32,000 bases of DNA, taken from positions 1 through 32,000 of the forward strand of contig JBHLKY010000001.1 in the NCBI GenBank assembly GCA_048886185.1, given 5' to 3'. Position 1 is the first letter of the stretch; every line of letters begins with the position of its first letter. The translations under genes and the position numbers were made by a program. The notes beneath the pieces are model-generated. The model was not told the DNA's origin and ran no database searches. It saw only the letters and a list, made by a program, of their open reading frames with translations. Of this stretch, positions 1-9,070 are shown piece by piece. Origin of the DNA: Candidatus Hermodarchaeota archaeon. GTDB lineage: Archaea; Asgardarchaeota; Heimdallarchaeia; Hodarchaeales; Hodarchaeaceae.

Positions 1-88
1 CGATCTTCATTGTTATTATTTCTCTATTCATAAAAGATAATTATAGGATAACCAAGAACTAGTTCAAAATCATTTTCTGTGATTAGGA

Positions 89-202
89 ATGGAATATTGT
101 TGTTTGAATTGTGGGTGTACCTTTGAAGACGAAGCTGCTACGAAAAACCATTATCTCCCAATATGTCCAGAATGTGGGGAAGTAGTGGAAGCAGTAAAAT
201 AG
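89..202 (+). CDS. 37-aa zinc-ribbon/rubredoxin-like microprotein (not in ORF track)
   Basis: Hand translation MEYCCLNCGCTFEDEAATKNHYLPICPECGEVVEAVK*; CxxCG...CPxCG pairs; GTGATTAGGA SD-like sequence upstream. Confidence 0.75.
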   Translation: MEYCCLNCGCTFEDEAATKNHYLPICPECGEVVEAVK

Positions 203-293
203 ATAGTCCTATTGTTCTCCCCCTATACACATTTTAAGGTAAATATATCGTGGTAAATTTTTGTGGTTTTTATGATAAAGGTTTTCAAACCAT

Positions 294-1247
294 TTAGAAA
301 GAAGTTAATAGAGTGGTCAAAATTATGCCCACAAATAGCCATAAGAATGCAAACGCCATGTAGATCGAAGCTAGTTTAAAGATTTTGAAAGTAAGTTCAT
401 TTGAAGGCTGTATGAGGTTAACCAAAGATCTGTAGACAATGAGAGTACTGAATCCTAGCAGTGGAAACATAGCGACAAAATGAATTTGGAGAAAAATTCC
501 TGTTAGTACAATTAGGAGAGCTGATAACAAAGCTGAAATAGTGATGACTTGAATAGTTTGAGATTTACTGCTAACAGCTGGCCACATGGGAACTTTTGCC
601 TTTTTATAACCATCCAAGTTTTTAGGTATCAAAGCAAGGGTAAGAATGTGTAAAGGAATCCAACACAAGACAAATAAACCCATTAGTAACGCAACAAGAT
701 CGATTGATCCAATGACTGCTGTCCTACCTGCAATGGCGGGAAGCCCCCCTGCAATACCACCAAAAATAATAGATACTCGTGTTCGTCTTTTTAACAGCAA
801 TGAATAAATTACGACATCAAAAAAGAATCCCAAAAAAACGATGATCATCGTAATAATATTGATGAATATCCCGATTGTTAAGATTCCAGCAGTAGTGAAG
901 AGAATACCATGTTTTAACACAGTCGCGGGAGGTACCCGACCACTTGGCAATGGACGATTCTTTGTTCTTTCCATGAGTGCGTCTATATCCCGATCCACAT
1001 ACATGTTGAGAAGTGTGGAACCAGAAACTGCAAAGAAAAGTCCTACAACTAGCCATATAAAGTGTAGTAGAACGAATCCTACATTCCAAGCACTAATAAG
1101 ATAAGAAAATATCGCTGTATAGAGAAGAAGAAAAGTTTGTTTGCTCTTAATCAACTCACCATAGGTGGAAAAGGAGAAAGGGGGGTAAGATGAGGGTGTT
1201 ATATGCTTATATTCTTGAGGAGATTTAGGAATTCCCATTTCATTCAC
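294..1247 (-). CDS. ctaB: Protoheme IX farnesyltransferase (heme O synthase, UbiA family), paralog 1
   Basis: NMYVDRDIDALMERTKNRPLPSGR motif, LKRRT, GGIAGGLP, WIPLH...YKKAKVPM; polytopic membrane protein. Confidence 0.92.
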   Translation of the reverse strand: MNEMGIPKSPQEYKHITPSSYPPFSFSTYGELIKSKQTFLLLYTAIFSYLISAWNVGFVLLHFIWLVVGLFFAVSGSTLLNMYVDRDIDALMERTKNRPLPSGRVPPATVLKHGILFTTAGILTIGIFINIITMIIVFLGFFFDVVIYSLLLKRRTRVSIIFGGIAGGLPAIAGRTAVIGSIDLVALLMGLFVLCWIPLHILTLALIPKNLDGYKKAKVPMWPAVSSKSQTIQVITISALLSALLIVLTGIFLQIHFVAMFPLLGFSTLIVYRSLVNLIQPSNELTFKIFKLASIYMAFAFLWLFVGIILTTLLTSF

Positions 1248-1365
1248 TACAATTAGTCATTTCATCATTTTAACAATTGATGAAGCATCCATTTGTTTCA
1301 ATTGAATTCAGGAACCTCGCTTTTAACAAACTTTTTCTAATTATTTTCCTATTTGGTGGGAAAAA

Positions 1366-1380
1366 AGTAACCTGATTACT
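1366..1380. promoter_or_regulatory. Palindromic operator AGTAA-CCTGA-TTACT
   Basis: Perfect 5-N5-5 inverted repeat just downstream (minus-strand sense) of a TTATAAAT box at 1392-1399; near-identical copies at 2265 and 18729. Confidence 0.65.
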
Positions 1381-1433
1381 CCCTGAATATCATTTATAAT
1401 TGATAAGATTCGTTGAGGTATAGGTTTTAGTAG

Positions 1434-1473
1434 AAAAAAAGAGAAAGTTAAGAAAGGGACTTGTATCCCTTTC
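1434..1473 (-). terminator. Hairpin plus T-tract terminator of the 7-TM gene
   Basis: GAAAGGGA-CTTGTA-TCCCTTTC stem at 1452-1473, followed on the minus strand by T-rich runs. Confidence 0.6.
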
Positions 1474-1497
1474 CTTACAGATGTCAATGTGAATTAC

Positions 1498-2169
1498 CTA
1501 TTTAAACAGAGGATTTTCAGGTCTCCACTTTTCTGGGAGTAGAATACCAAGAACGAACAATACTCCAACAATTACCAGTAGAAGTGGTAATACATCAAAA
1601 ATCTGATCTGCAGTTAATATTGGGGCGTCAAGCTTCAAAAAAGCTAGTAAAACTCCCCCAAATGATATCAAGAACCCACCAATTGAGTAGAAAATACTCG
1701 TTATTTCTGTTTTTTTAGTGAAAGCGGTATATAGAGGAATGCCAACTATCGAAAGTCCACTAGGAATATGAAGCCCCATTAATACAGGGGTAGAAAAAGC
1801 ATCAAAACCCGAAAGAAGCTCAAGTCTGACAACTGCTAAAGCGGCGACCATAACAACTGTATAGACGGTATAAAGTAATCCGTATGGTTTATCATCCCAA
1901 ACAACAAAGAAAAGCCCGATTGCTAAGCAGGCAGGTATGAAAGCTGCTACAACTGGAACTAATGGTTCTTCTAGTATAGTAAAACCATTTATTATGATTA
2001 AAACACCAGATACGAACAAAACAAGAAAACTAATGGCCCATGCTAAATGATAGACTTTTCTATTCTTCAGAAAGTCTAGTAATAGGAAAACGGCCATAAC
2101 TAGTGCTACCAAACCAGTAATCAAGAGTAATGTGATTGGAATTAGGTTTGCTGCAATATCATCTAACAT
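1498..2169 (-). CDS. Hypothetical membrane protein, about 7 TM
   Basis: About 7 hydrophobic segments; start moved from 2202 to the ATG at 2169, which follows a GGAGGT SD; two His (KVYH, GLHIP). Confidence 0.8.
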   Translation of the reverse strand: MLDDIAANLIPITLLLITGLVALVMAVFLLLDFLKNRKVYHLAWAISFLVLFVSGVLIIINGFTILEEPLVPVVAAFIPACLAIGLFFVVWDDKPYGLLYTVYTVVMVAALAVVRLELLSGFDAFSTPVLMGLHIPSGLSIVGIPLYTAFTKKTEITSIFYSIGGFLISFGGVLLAFLKLDAPILTADQIFDVLPLLLVIVGVLFVLGILLPEKWRPENPLFK

Positions 2170-2264
2170 TGTTAAACCTCCAAAAAACAAGTGAACATAC
2201 AATCTGCTTTCTATGTGAAAATTAATAATATTTGGTGAGTTTTTTTCGTAATAAGTACCCTCAA

Positions 2265-2279
2265 TGTAAGCTGATTACT
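2265..2279. promoter_or_regulatory. Operator copy TGTAA-GCTGA-TTACT
   Basis: 13/15 match to the 1366 site; lies in the divergent region between the 7-TM gene and the HxlR regulator. Confidence 0.5.
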
Positions 2280-2688
2280 TCCAAATCTCTCGCTCTTTAA
2301 TGCCTCGTTCATCGAATTTCAGCCTCAAAATTGATGTTTAATCTAAGAATTCCTGCTATCATTATTAAAAAAGCCATGTTTAACGTAATAGTTGTATGAT
2401 AGAGCATGGGAGAAAAAAGAAGGGCATTAGGATAGTTTGTGTATAATAAATATCTTGAAGAAACGGTTATCATATGAGCAAGACTTTTTTAATTTTATTT
2501 TATTTAGAAGTTACTAGATTACTTTGCAGTTATGATACTGTAAATTTATGGTATTTCCATAATGGAGATTTTAATCCCCATTCTTTGCAAATACTTCATG
2601 AATCTGTGCGTGTATTTTCTTTGAATGTAATAATAATATCCTTTTATGTGAAACGTAAACAATTATATTAATAAATGGAGTAAAACTA

Positions 2689-3156
2689 ATGAGTGATGAG
2701 TTAGAAGAAGAATGTTCGGCTCTCTTAGCGATTAAAATTCTTGGTCGGAAGTGGATTCCATGGATACTGTGCGAGCTCTTGTCTCAAAGAGAAGCATACT
2801 TCTCGGATCTCCTGAAAAGAATTGAGGGAAATTATGGAGAAAAAATATCTGCAAGAGTTCTCTCAGAATCATTAAGTACCCTTGAAGAGAACGATTTACT
2901 TGAACGTATTGTGGAAAGCGAAACAATGCCTATTAGAGTGAAATATTCTTTAACAGAGAAAGGAGCTGACCTCGAGATAATCCTAGGAGCTTTAAAAGGA
3001 TGGGGAATCAAATGGGGCACTATTCGACAAAAAAAATGTAAGTCTTTCAGCTGTATTCACAATTGTGTTCCAATGATAAATATTAATAAAGCCAGAGAGC
3101 TATTGGAATTAGGTTTACCAATACCCTCCTCTGAAGAAGCTAAGGATACTGGTTAA
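2689..3156 (+). CDS. HxlR/DUF24 family winged-helix transcriptional regulator
   Basis: CSALLAIKILGRKW, FSDLLKRIEG, ISARVLSESLSTLEE, PIRVKYSLTEKG; extra C-terminal CxxxxCxxxC. Confidence 0.92.
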   Translation: MSDELEEECSALLAIKILGRKWIPWILCELLSQREAYFSDLLKRIEGNYGEKISARVLSESLSTLEENDLLERIVESETMPIRVKYSLTEKGADLEIILGALKGWGIKWGTIRQKKCKSFSCIHNCVPMININKARELLELGLPIPSSEEAKDTG

Positions 3157-3199
3157 AACTATAACTTATTTTCTAAAAAACAAAGTGAAGAGAATTACA

Positions 3200-3589
3200 A
3201 TGACTGAGAAATTTCCTGTTAAAACAGATTCGCTCTATTTTCAATATAGTGTGAAGGATATCAACCGCGCTAAGCAGTTTTATAATGATATTTTTGGATT
3301 TGAAATCACTTGGGATGGTGGATCGGAAGTAGGCTGGTGTGAACTGGCTCTTCCTGTGAAAGGAGCAAAACTTGGACTAAGTTTAAAACAGGAAGGTGAG
3401 ATCACTCCTGGTTCAGGAGTTCTTACCTTTGATGTCACTGATCTTGTTGCAGCTAAAATTTATCTCGAAAATAAAGAAGTAAAAACAACTGACATTACTG
3501 ATATTCCTGATATGGTTTCTTTTTTTGACATGTATGACTCTGAAGGGAATAGAATTCAGATTGTAGCTGAACCTCGAGTTAAGTCCTAA
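3200..3589 (+). CDS. VOC/glyoxalase family protein
   Basis: YSVKDINRAKQFYNDIFGF, LTFDVTD, FFDMYDSEGNRIQI; ATG at 3200 (track start 3185 is GTG). Confidence 0.9.
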   Translation: MTEKFPVKTDSLYFQYSVKDINRAKQFYNDIFGFEITWDGGSEVGWCELALPVKGAKLGLSLKQEGEITPGSGVLTFDVTDLVAAKIYLENKEVKTTDITDIPDMVSFFDMYDSEGNRIQIVAEPRVKS

Positions 3590-3607
3590 TTTCTAATTCT
3601 TTAGCAT

Positions 3608-5005
3608 TCAATCCTGCCAATTGAGGAGGCGTTGCTCTCCTTCTAGTTCACGTATTTCAGTAATGTCTTGGGTTACTTCTAATGTTCCTTGGTAATTACC
3701 ATCCTGATCTCTAACTGCAAAATAGCGAATGAGGATAGTTTTTTCTTGTAATTTTATCCAAAATTCTGCAGCATCTTTCTTTCCTTTCTTGAATGCTTCA
3801 AGGATTCGATTAACAATATGAACACTTTTTCTCGGATGACAGTTCTGAACCTTCCTCCCGATTACACCAGGACTTCGAGGAAATATACGATCTGGAGTAT
3901 CCGAATAAAAACGAACAGTATCTGTCTCATCGATAAAGGATATTTCAATTGGTAGATGAGTTAATATTAAGGTGAGCTGTGATTGATTTAAATTCCCTGT
4001 TTTTAAGTTTAATACTTCTTTCTCTTCACTACTTTTCTTTTTATGAATCATTTCGGGGGTGATTGGTTTCCACTCTGTTCCTGGTGTTATCCACGCGTAT
4101 CCTATCTCTTCCTCTCCATTTCTAACTTCTGCCCATTCTTTGGTACCTAATAAATCAAGTGCAGTTGGAAACAGAATTGTTTCTTCTTTGAAAATTAAAT
4201 CTTCAATTTGTTTTGTCACTTCTTTAATATTTAGCTCTTTTTCTTTGAATAATCCTCTTATTTCATCATGTTTTGCCCACATAACCTGGGAGGGTCCAGT
4301 GAATCCTGCTTCCTCTAGTCTTGGAAAGAGTTGATTCTCTAATCTGGTATAATGGATTTCGATTTGTCTAAGTTTATCCACTAACTCTGGATTAAATGAT
4401 TGACGGATCTCTGTGATCAATGATCTCGCCATTTTATTCTCTTCCATGTAAGTGTGAACAGGGTGCCCTGGAATAGCTTCAGGACGGTCATGTTGATCCA
4501 AGGAATGCTCAAAAATCCCGACATGGAGATCACATAACTTTGTGATTTGATCTGCTGTCAACGATCCTTCATCAATCAGGGTTTGTTCCATTGATGCAAT
4601 TTCAGTCGCATCAACATCGCCTAAAAGCTCACGAAAACGCTTTTGAAGATCCTTTAGATCTCCGCCTTCATGTAACTCTAATATTAAGGCTTTTAACATT
4701 TCTTGTCTTCGTGCGTGTTCACTCTGCCAACCACTTTTGCCTTCATCAGCTAGTTCAATTATTACTTTTTTTGAGACATTCTTTTCAATACTTGCAGCTA
4801 AGACTTGAAGAAGTTCTGGTAATGCTGTTCCACTCATTTGAGAGACATCAGTTAGCGTAGCCTTTCTCCCAATAGTCTTGCGGAGGAAAGGGTTATTTAA
4901 ACGCCGTAACTTAGGATCTAAACTTATTAAAGTGTTGATAATGAACGGGAATTCTTCAATCAAATCTTTAATTTTAGTTGATTCCGTTAGTTTTATTTGT
5001 GACAT
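3608..5005 (-). CDS. DUF438 protein (DUF1858 + DUF438 + hemerythrin-like + PAS_10)
   Basis: LCDLH, GHPVHTYMEEN, HYTRLENQLFP, MWAKHDEIR, IGRKVQNCHP; ATG at 5005 after GAGGATGA (track start 5023 is TTG). Confidence 0.9.
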   Translation of the reverse strand: MSQIKLTESTKIKDLIEEFPFIINTLISLDPKLRRLNNPFLRKTIGRKATLTDVSQMSGTALPELLQVLAASIEKNVSKKVIIELADEGKSGWQSEHARRQEMLKALILELHEGGDLKDLQKRFRELLGDVDATEIASMEQTLIDEGSLTADQITKLCDLHVGIFEHSLDQHDRPEAIPGHPVHTYMEENKMARSLITEIRQSFNPELVDKLRQIEIHYTRLENQLFPRLEEAGFTGPSQVMWAKHDEIRGLFKEKELNIKEVTKQIEDLIFKEETILFPTALDLLGTKEWAEVRNGEEEIGYAWITPGTEWKPITPEMIHKKKSSEEKEVLNLKTGNLNQSQLTLILTHLPIEISFIDETDTVRFYSDTPDRIFPRSPGVIGRKVQNCHPRKSVHIVNRILEAFKKGKKDAAEFWIKLQEKTILIRYFAVRDQDGNYQGTLEVTQDITEIRELEGEQRLLNWQD

Positions 5006-5170
5006 ATACTCATCCTCTTTCAAGATATCTCAAAAACCATCTTGTACCTATTTCGAAATTCCCTCATTTCTGATGTTACCTAGCTAGATTGTGTGTTTAA
5101 AATATTAGTTTCTTATGGATGTACAAATTCATTTAACATTGATTTTTAGTTTATATAACTAATTCATTTC

Positions 5171-5605
5171 CTAGGTTAGAATCTTCATCATACATGTTGC
5201 TGAAGCAGGACATGCAGAAGTAAATTCAATTGACTTTTTTATTCTATCATCGGCTTTATCTCTTGGAATTATCATATAATCGAGTTTAGAGAAGAAGTCT
5301 GCAGCAGTTTCAGTCAGTAAATAAATTGCTTTCAGTTTTTTCTCTTTTCCAAACTTCTGAATTGCATCAACGAGTATATTACCTATTCCACGGCCTTGAA
5401 AACTAGGATCAACAGCAACAGAACGAATGAGGCCTACATTCTCATAAAGTTCGATTCCAATGCATCCAACGAGCTGATCTTCTTCTTGAGCAATGAAAAA
5501 ATTGTCAAAATGGTCTGCAACTCCCTCTAAAGGAAGATTTACTTTCCTAAGTAACCTGAAAACGCTTTTTAATTCTTGATGATTAGCTGTACGGATCTTA
5601 ATCAT
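5171..5605 (-). CDS. arsN2: GNAT acetyltransferase, ArsN2-like
   Basis: LIRSVAVDPSFQGRGIG acetyl-CoA motif, YLLTETAADFF, C-terminal EFTSACPASA. Confidence 0.8.
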   Translation of the reverse strand: MIKIRTANHQELKSVFRLLRKVNLPLEGVADHFDNFFIAQEEDQLVGCIGIELYENVGLIRSVAVDPSFQGRGIGNILVDAIQKFGKEKKLKAIYLLTETAADFFSKLDYMIIPRDKADDRIKKSIEFTSACPASATCMMKILT

Positions 5606-5749
5606 AATATCAGTCCTTAATCAACTTTAAACACAGATTACTTATTGAATGGTTTTAGGAATTGAGTCATCTTTCAGGAAAATCTAATAGGCATTCATTT
5701 AATAAATCGTAGAAAAATCTACTTAACTATAGTTAATAATGTTTCAAAC

Positions 5750-6433
5750 ATGTCATGTCCTCAATGTCTTGGCATAGAAACCACTTTTAACAATGATAGT
5801 GCTGTGAAGGACCTTAAAAAATATCAAGAAAAAGGGCCTAGGAAAACTACACAATTTCTAATAGATTTCTTTCTTAAAAGAGGAGTTAAAGGAAAATCAT
5901 TGTTAGACATCGGTGGTGGAGTTGGTATTATTCAGCATGAGCTCTTAAAGTGTGGACTGGACAGAGCTATCAGCGTTGAAGCTTCTTCAGCCTATTCCGA
6001 AGTTTCAAAAGCTGAAGCAAGAGATCAGGGACATGCAGAGAAAGTCGAGTTTTATCATGGAAATTATGTAGATTTGGCTCCTACTATTTCTAGTGTAGAT
6101 ATTGTCACTTTGGATCGTGTTGTCTGTTGTTATCCTGATATGGAACAACTAGTTCATAGCAGTATTAACCATGCAAAGGAATACTATGCTGTGATTTATC
6201 CACATGATAAGTTATGGATGAGACTAGGTATTGCTATTGTCAATTTTATACAACGAATAAAACGAAGCAATTATCGTGGGTTCATTCATTCAAAAGATGC
6301 TTTTCATAAAATAATCAAAGAGCATAATTTCGAACAATGTCATTTTCAAGAGACATTATTATGGCGGATTGAGATTTTTAAGAAAAAAAATGGACAATTG
6401 CATACTCAAAACACGACCAATAATTCTTTATGA
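5750..6433 (+). CDS. Class I SAM-dependent methyltransferase (BchM-like sequence features; substrate unknown)
   Basis: LLDIGGGVG motif I, DIVTLDRVVCCYPD, N-terminal CPQC. Confidence 0.85.
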   Translation: MSCPQCLGIETTFNNDSAVKDLKKYQEKGPRKTTQFLIDFFLKRGVKGKSLLDIGGGVGIIQHELLKCGLDRAISVEASSAYSEVSKAEARDQGHAEKVEFYHGNYVDLAPTISSVDIVTLDRVVCCYPDMEQLVHSSINHAKEYYAVIYPHDKLWMRLGIAIVNFIQRIKRSNYRGFIHSKDAFHKIIKEHNFEQCHFQETLLWRIEIFKKKNGQLHTQNTTNNSL

Positions 6434-6457
6434 TTTTTTGATTAGTGTGATATTAAA

Positions 6458-7423
6458 ATGGAATACGAAATTTTGGGAAGTATAATTTTTAGTTTTGTAA
6501 CCTCCTTACGGGAGGTTTTAGAAGCAGCTTTAATCATAGGTATTATTGCAAGTTATTTAACAATTATAAATCGTAGAGATTTGTACCGTGATATTGTATA
6601 TGGCGTGAGTGCGGCAATTATCTTCAGTTTTGGAATGGCATGGGTTTTTTTGACCTTTTTTACCGATTTAGCTGAATTCCAAAAATTATTTGAGGGTATT
6701 GCAATGTTTCTGGCTGCAGGCGTTCTCTCATGGATGATTGTATGGATGACACGCCAATCTAAGAATATACGTTCAGACATCGAAGAAAAAGTCAATAAAA
6801 TTATCTCAAATCAAGAGAAAGCAGGTATTACTCTATTAGTTTTCATTTCAGTGGCGAGAGAAGGAGCTGAATTGGTTCTTTTTCTCTATGCGAGTTATAT
6901 AGGTAGTGTTGAAGAAACAGGAATTTTAACAGCACTTTCTGCAATTAGTATTGGATTTCTGTCTGGTTTAGTTTTTGCTTCCATAATGGCGTTCGTTCTT
7001 TTTACTACGACACGAAAATTTGAAATCAAGAAATTTTTTCAGGTAACAAGTGTGATTCTCATTTTTTTCGCGGCTGGATTACTTGCTCATGGAGTTCATG
7101 AGATCTATGAATTTTTAGAAATTTCGGGGTCACCTTTCATCAATAATGTTATTTGGATGGAAGTGTGGAACATTAACAATACCCCATTAGGTGATTTGCT
7201 AACTTTCCTATTTGGGTGGAGTTATGATCCACTTAATCCCTTAAGATTTGAGAAAAGTGCCATAGGTGGCATAGCAGTGGGTTTATTTGGATGGAATGAT
7301 AATCCTGCTTTGCTTGAAGTCATTAGTTATGGATTCTATTTTCTTGTTATTTTTATTCTGATTATGCGAGCTACAAGCTTTCCCGAAAAGAATGAAAGAG
7401 ACATTACTCCTAACACTCCTTAA
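6458..7423 (+). CDS. FTR1/EfeU family high-affinity iron permease
   Basis: Two RExxE motifs (REVLE, REGAE); LLAHGVHE; multiple TM helices. Confidence 0.92.
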   Translation: MEYEILGSIIFSFVTSLREVLEAALIIGIIASYLTIINRRDLYRDIVYGVSAAIIFSFGMAWVFLTFFTDLAEFQKLFEGIAMFLAAGVLSWMIVWMTRQSKNIRSDIEEKVNKIISNQEKAGITLLVFISVAREGAELVLFLYASYIGSVEETGILTALSAISIGFLSGLVFASIMAFVLFTTTRKFEIKKFFQVTSVILIFFAAGLLAHGVHEIYEFLEISGSPFINNVIWMEVWNINNTPLGDLLTFLFGWSYDPLNPLRFEKSAIGGIAVGLFGWNDNPALLEVISYGFYFLVIFILIMRATSFPEKNERDITPNTP

Positions 7424-7432
7424 AGAATGTTA

Positions 7433-8119
7433 TTACTCCCCGATGAGTTCTTCGGTCACAAGAAGAGCGATAGCAAGAAGTATAATTGCATGGATGAAGA
7501 GAAGCAAAATGTTATTGACAACATTCAATGGATCTTCAAAAAGGACAAGGCTGGTTGATGCTTGGGTTGCAAGTATGATTGATGGGAGAATCAATGGAAA
7601 AAATAGGATTGGGATTGCTAAAGTCTTAGATTTCGCATAAATAGTCAAGAAAGAAACAATACATCCTGCAACACAAAGATCTAAGGTTCCTATTGTTAAC
7701 ACCACGCAAAGAAGAAGAAAATCAGCTTGGAAGTCTAATCTTAAAAATACAATAGCTAGAATAACAGTTACTATTTCGATGAAAGCTAGAATAACACCTA
7801 AATAGATAAGTTTAGCGAGGAAAATGGCTTGTGGCTTTATTGAGAGGGAAAGTAGCGAATAGATTGAGTTTTTTCTTATCTCGCGAGAAAATACCGAAGT
7901 TAAACCTAACATTACCGAGAACGTAATGATAAACCATAAACTTGCTACAGAAACAGCCTGTTTAGCTTTTAATGATATATCTATTAGATTAAATAGACTA
8001 GAAAAGATCAGTACAGAGGCAAAGGAGAAAAGACCCATTGAAAAGAGTGTTTCCCTTTTCCTAAACTCTAGCAAAATGTCTTTTTTCGCCAGATGATATG
8101 TAGCACTGATTATTGTCAT
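7433..8119 (-). CDS. ccmB: Heme exporter/cytochrome c maturation protein B
   Basis: KDILLEFR, FSRE, IFLAK, LFFPLILP; 6 TM; follows ccmA. Confidence 0.88.
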   Translation of the reverse strand: MTIISATYHLAKKDILLEFRKRETLFSMGLFSFASVLIFSSLFNLIDISLKAKQAVSVASLWFIITFSVMLGLTSVFSREIRKNSIYSLLSLSIKPQAIFLAKLIYLGVILAFIEIVTVILAIVFLRLDFQADFLLLCVVLTIGTLDLCVAGCIVSFLTIYAKSKTLAIPILFFPLILPSIILATQASTSLVLFEDPLNVVNNILLLFIHAIILLAIALLVTEELIGE

Positions 8120-8135
8120 CCTTCATCCCCTCGTA

Positions 8136-8885
8136 TTAATTCTGCTTCTTAAGGAAGTAATCATATTCTGAAGGTTGCAGAATTTTGTCAATTCGACCTT
8201 TCTCAAGATAATATACTTTACTACAGATGTGTGAAATTGAGTTAAAATCATGAGAACAGATTATAACTGTTATATTAGAATCCCGCTCTGTGATAATACG
8301 TTTGATAAATTGTTTATTCTCCACATCTAAACCACTAAAAGGTTCATCAAGTAATACCAATTTAGGTAATTTAGGTGTTGCAACCCTTAACAGTTCAAGT
8401 TTCTTTGCCATCCCTGTTGAGAGTTCATGGGTTGGTCGATCAATATAAAATTTTAAATTATGCTGCTTAACTATCGTATCGATCATTTTTGAGGGATTTT
8501 CTGTTCTTTTATTCATTCTCAGGTAAAATTCGAGGTTTTCACGACCTGTGAAATCATCATAAAAAAAGGAATGACTCAATAACGTCCCAATATCCTTTTT
8601 ATGGATATGATAGTTTTCTTTAATTTCATTACCAAATAATTCTATTTTTCCAGCTGTTGGTTTAATTAATAGAGAGATGATTTTTAGAAGAGTACTTTTT
8701 CCCGCTCCATTGTTTCCTAGTAATCCTATAGTTTCTCCTTCTTCTATTGTCATGTTTATATTTTTTAATGCATTAATGAAGCCGTATACTTTGGAAACTT
8801 GTGTTAATTTAACAACTGGGGTGTTTTGATGATCTAAACTAGCCATCTTATGCAGCTCTGATGCATTAGACCTTCTAAATAGCAT
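8136..8885 (-). CDS. ccmA: Cytochrome c maturation ABC ATPase
   Basis: Walker A GNNGAGKST, LSTGM signature, LLDEP Walker B, SH switch; ccm operon context. Confidence 0.88.
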   Translation of the reverse strand: MLFRRSNASELHKMASLDHQNTPVVKLTQVSKVYGFINALKNINMTIEEGETIGLLGNNGAGKSTLLKIISLLIKPTAGKIELFGNEIKENYHIHKKDIGTLLSHSFFYDDFTGRENLEFYLRMNKRTENPSKMIDTIVKQHNLKFYIDRPTHELSTGMAKKLELLRVATPKLPKLVLLDEPFSGLDVENKQFIKRIITERDSNITVIICSHDFNSISHICSKVYYLEKGRIDKILQPSEYDYFLKKQN

Positions 8886-8892
8886 ATTACTT

Positions 8893-9042
8893 TTATTTTA
8901 AGATATTCATCTCTTTTTCAAGCTTTTTTAGCTTATTATTTATATAATACAGATATAAGAAGAGTAAAACCCATACTGCTATTGAAATAAAGAGCATTAA
9001 ACTTAATTCAGATCCAAGAAGCTCATCAAAAAAATCTGCCAT
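8893..9042 (-). CDS. ccmD: CcmD-like single-TM protein, 49 aa (not in ORF track)
   Basis: Hand translation MADFFDELLGSELSLMLFISIAVWVLLFLYLYYINNKLKKLEKEMNILK*; GAGGTGA SD; one TM with W/Y, then a charged coiled tail; fills the gap between ccmC and ccmA. Confidence 0.8.
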   Translation of the reverse strand: MADFFDELLGSELSLMLFISIAVWVLLFLYLYYINNKLKKLEKEMNILK

Positions 9043-9070
9043 AATTTTTCACCTCTGATTCAAAAGATTT

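Noticed and set aside
1498-2169. Rhodopsin or heliorhodopsin
   Set aside because: No retinal-binding Lys motif (DxxxK or SxxxK) in the last helix
2474-2671. 65-aa ORF upstream of HxlR
   Set aside because: No motif or SD; AT-rich promoter region
5750-6433. bchM implying photosynthesis
   Set aside because: No other bch/chl genes; the motif is shared by many non-phototroph methyltransferases
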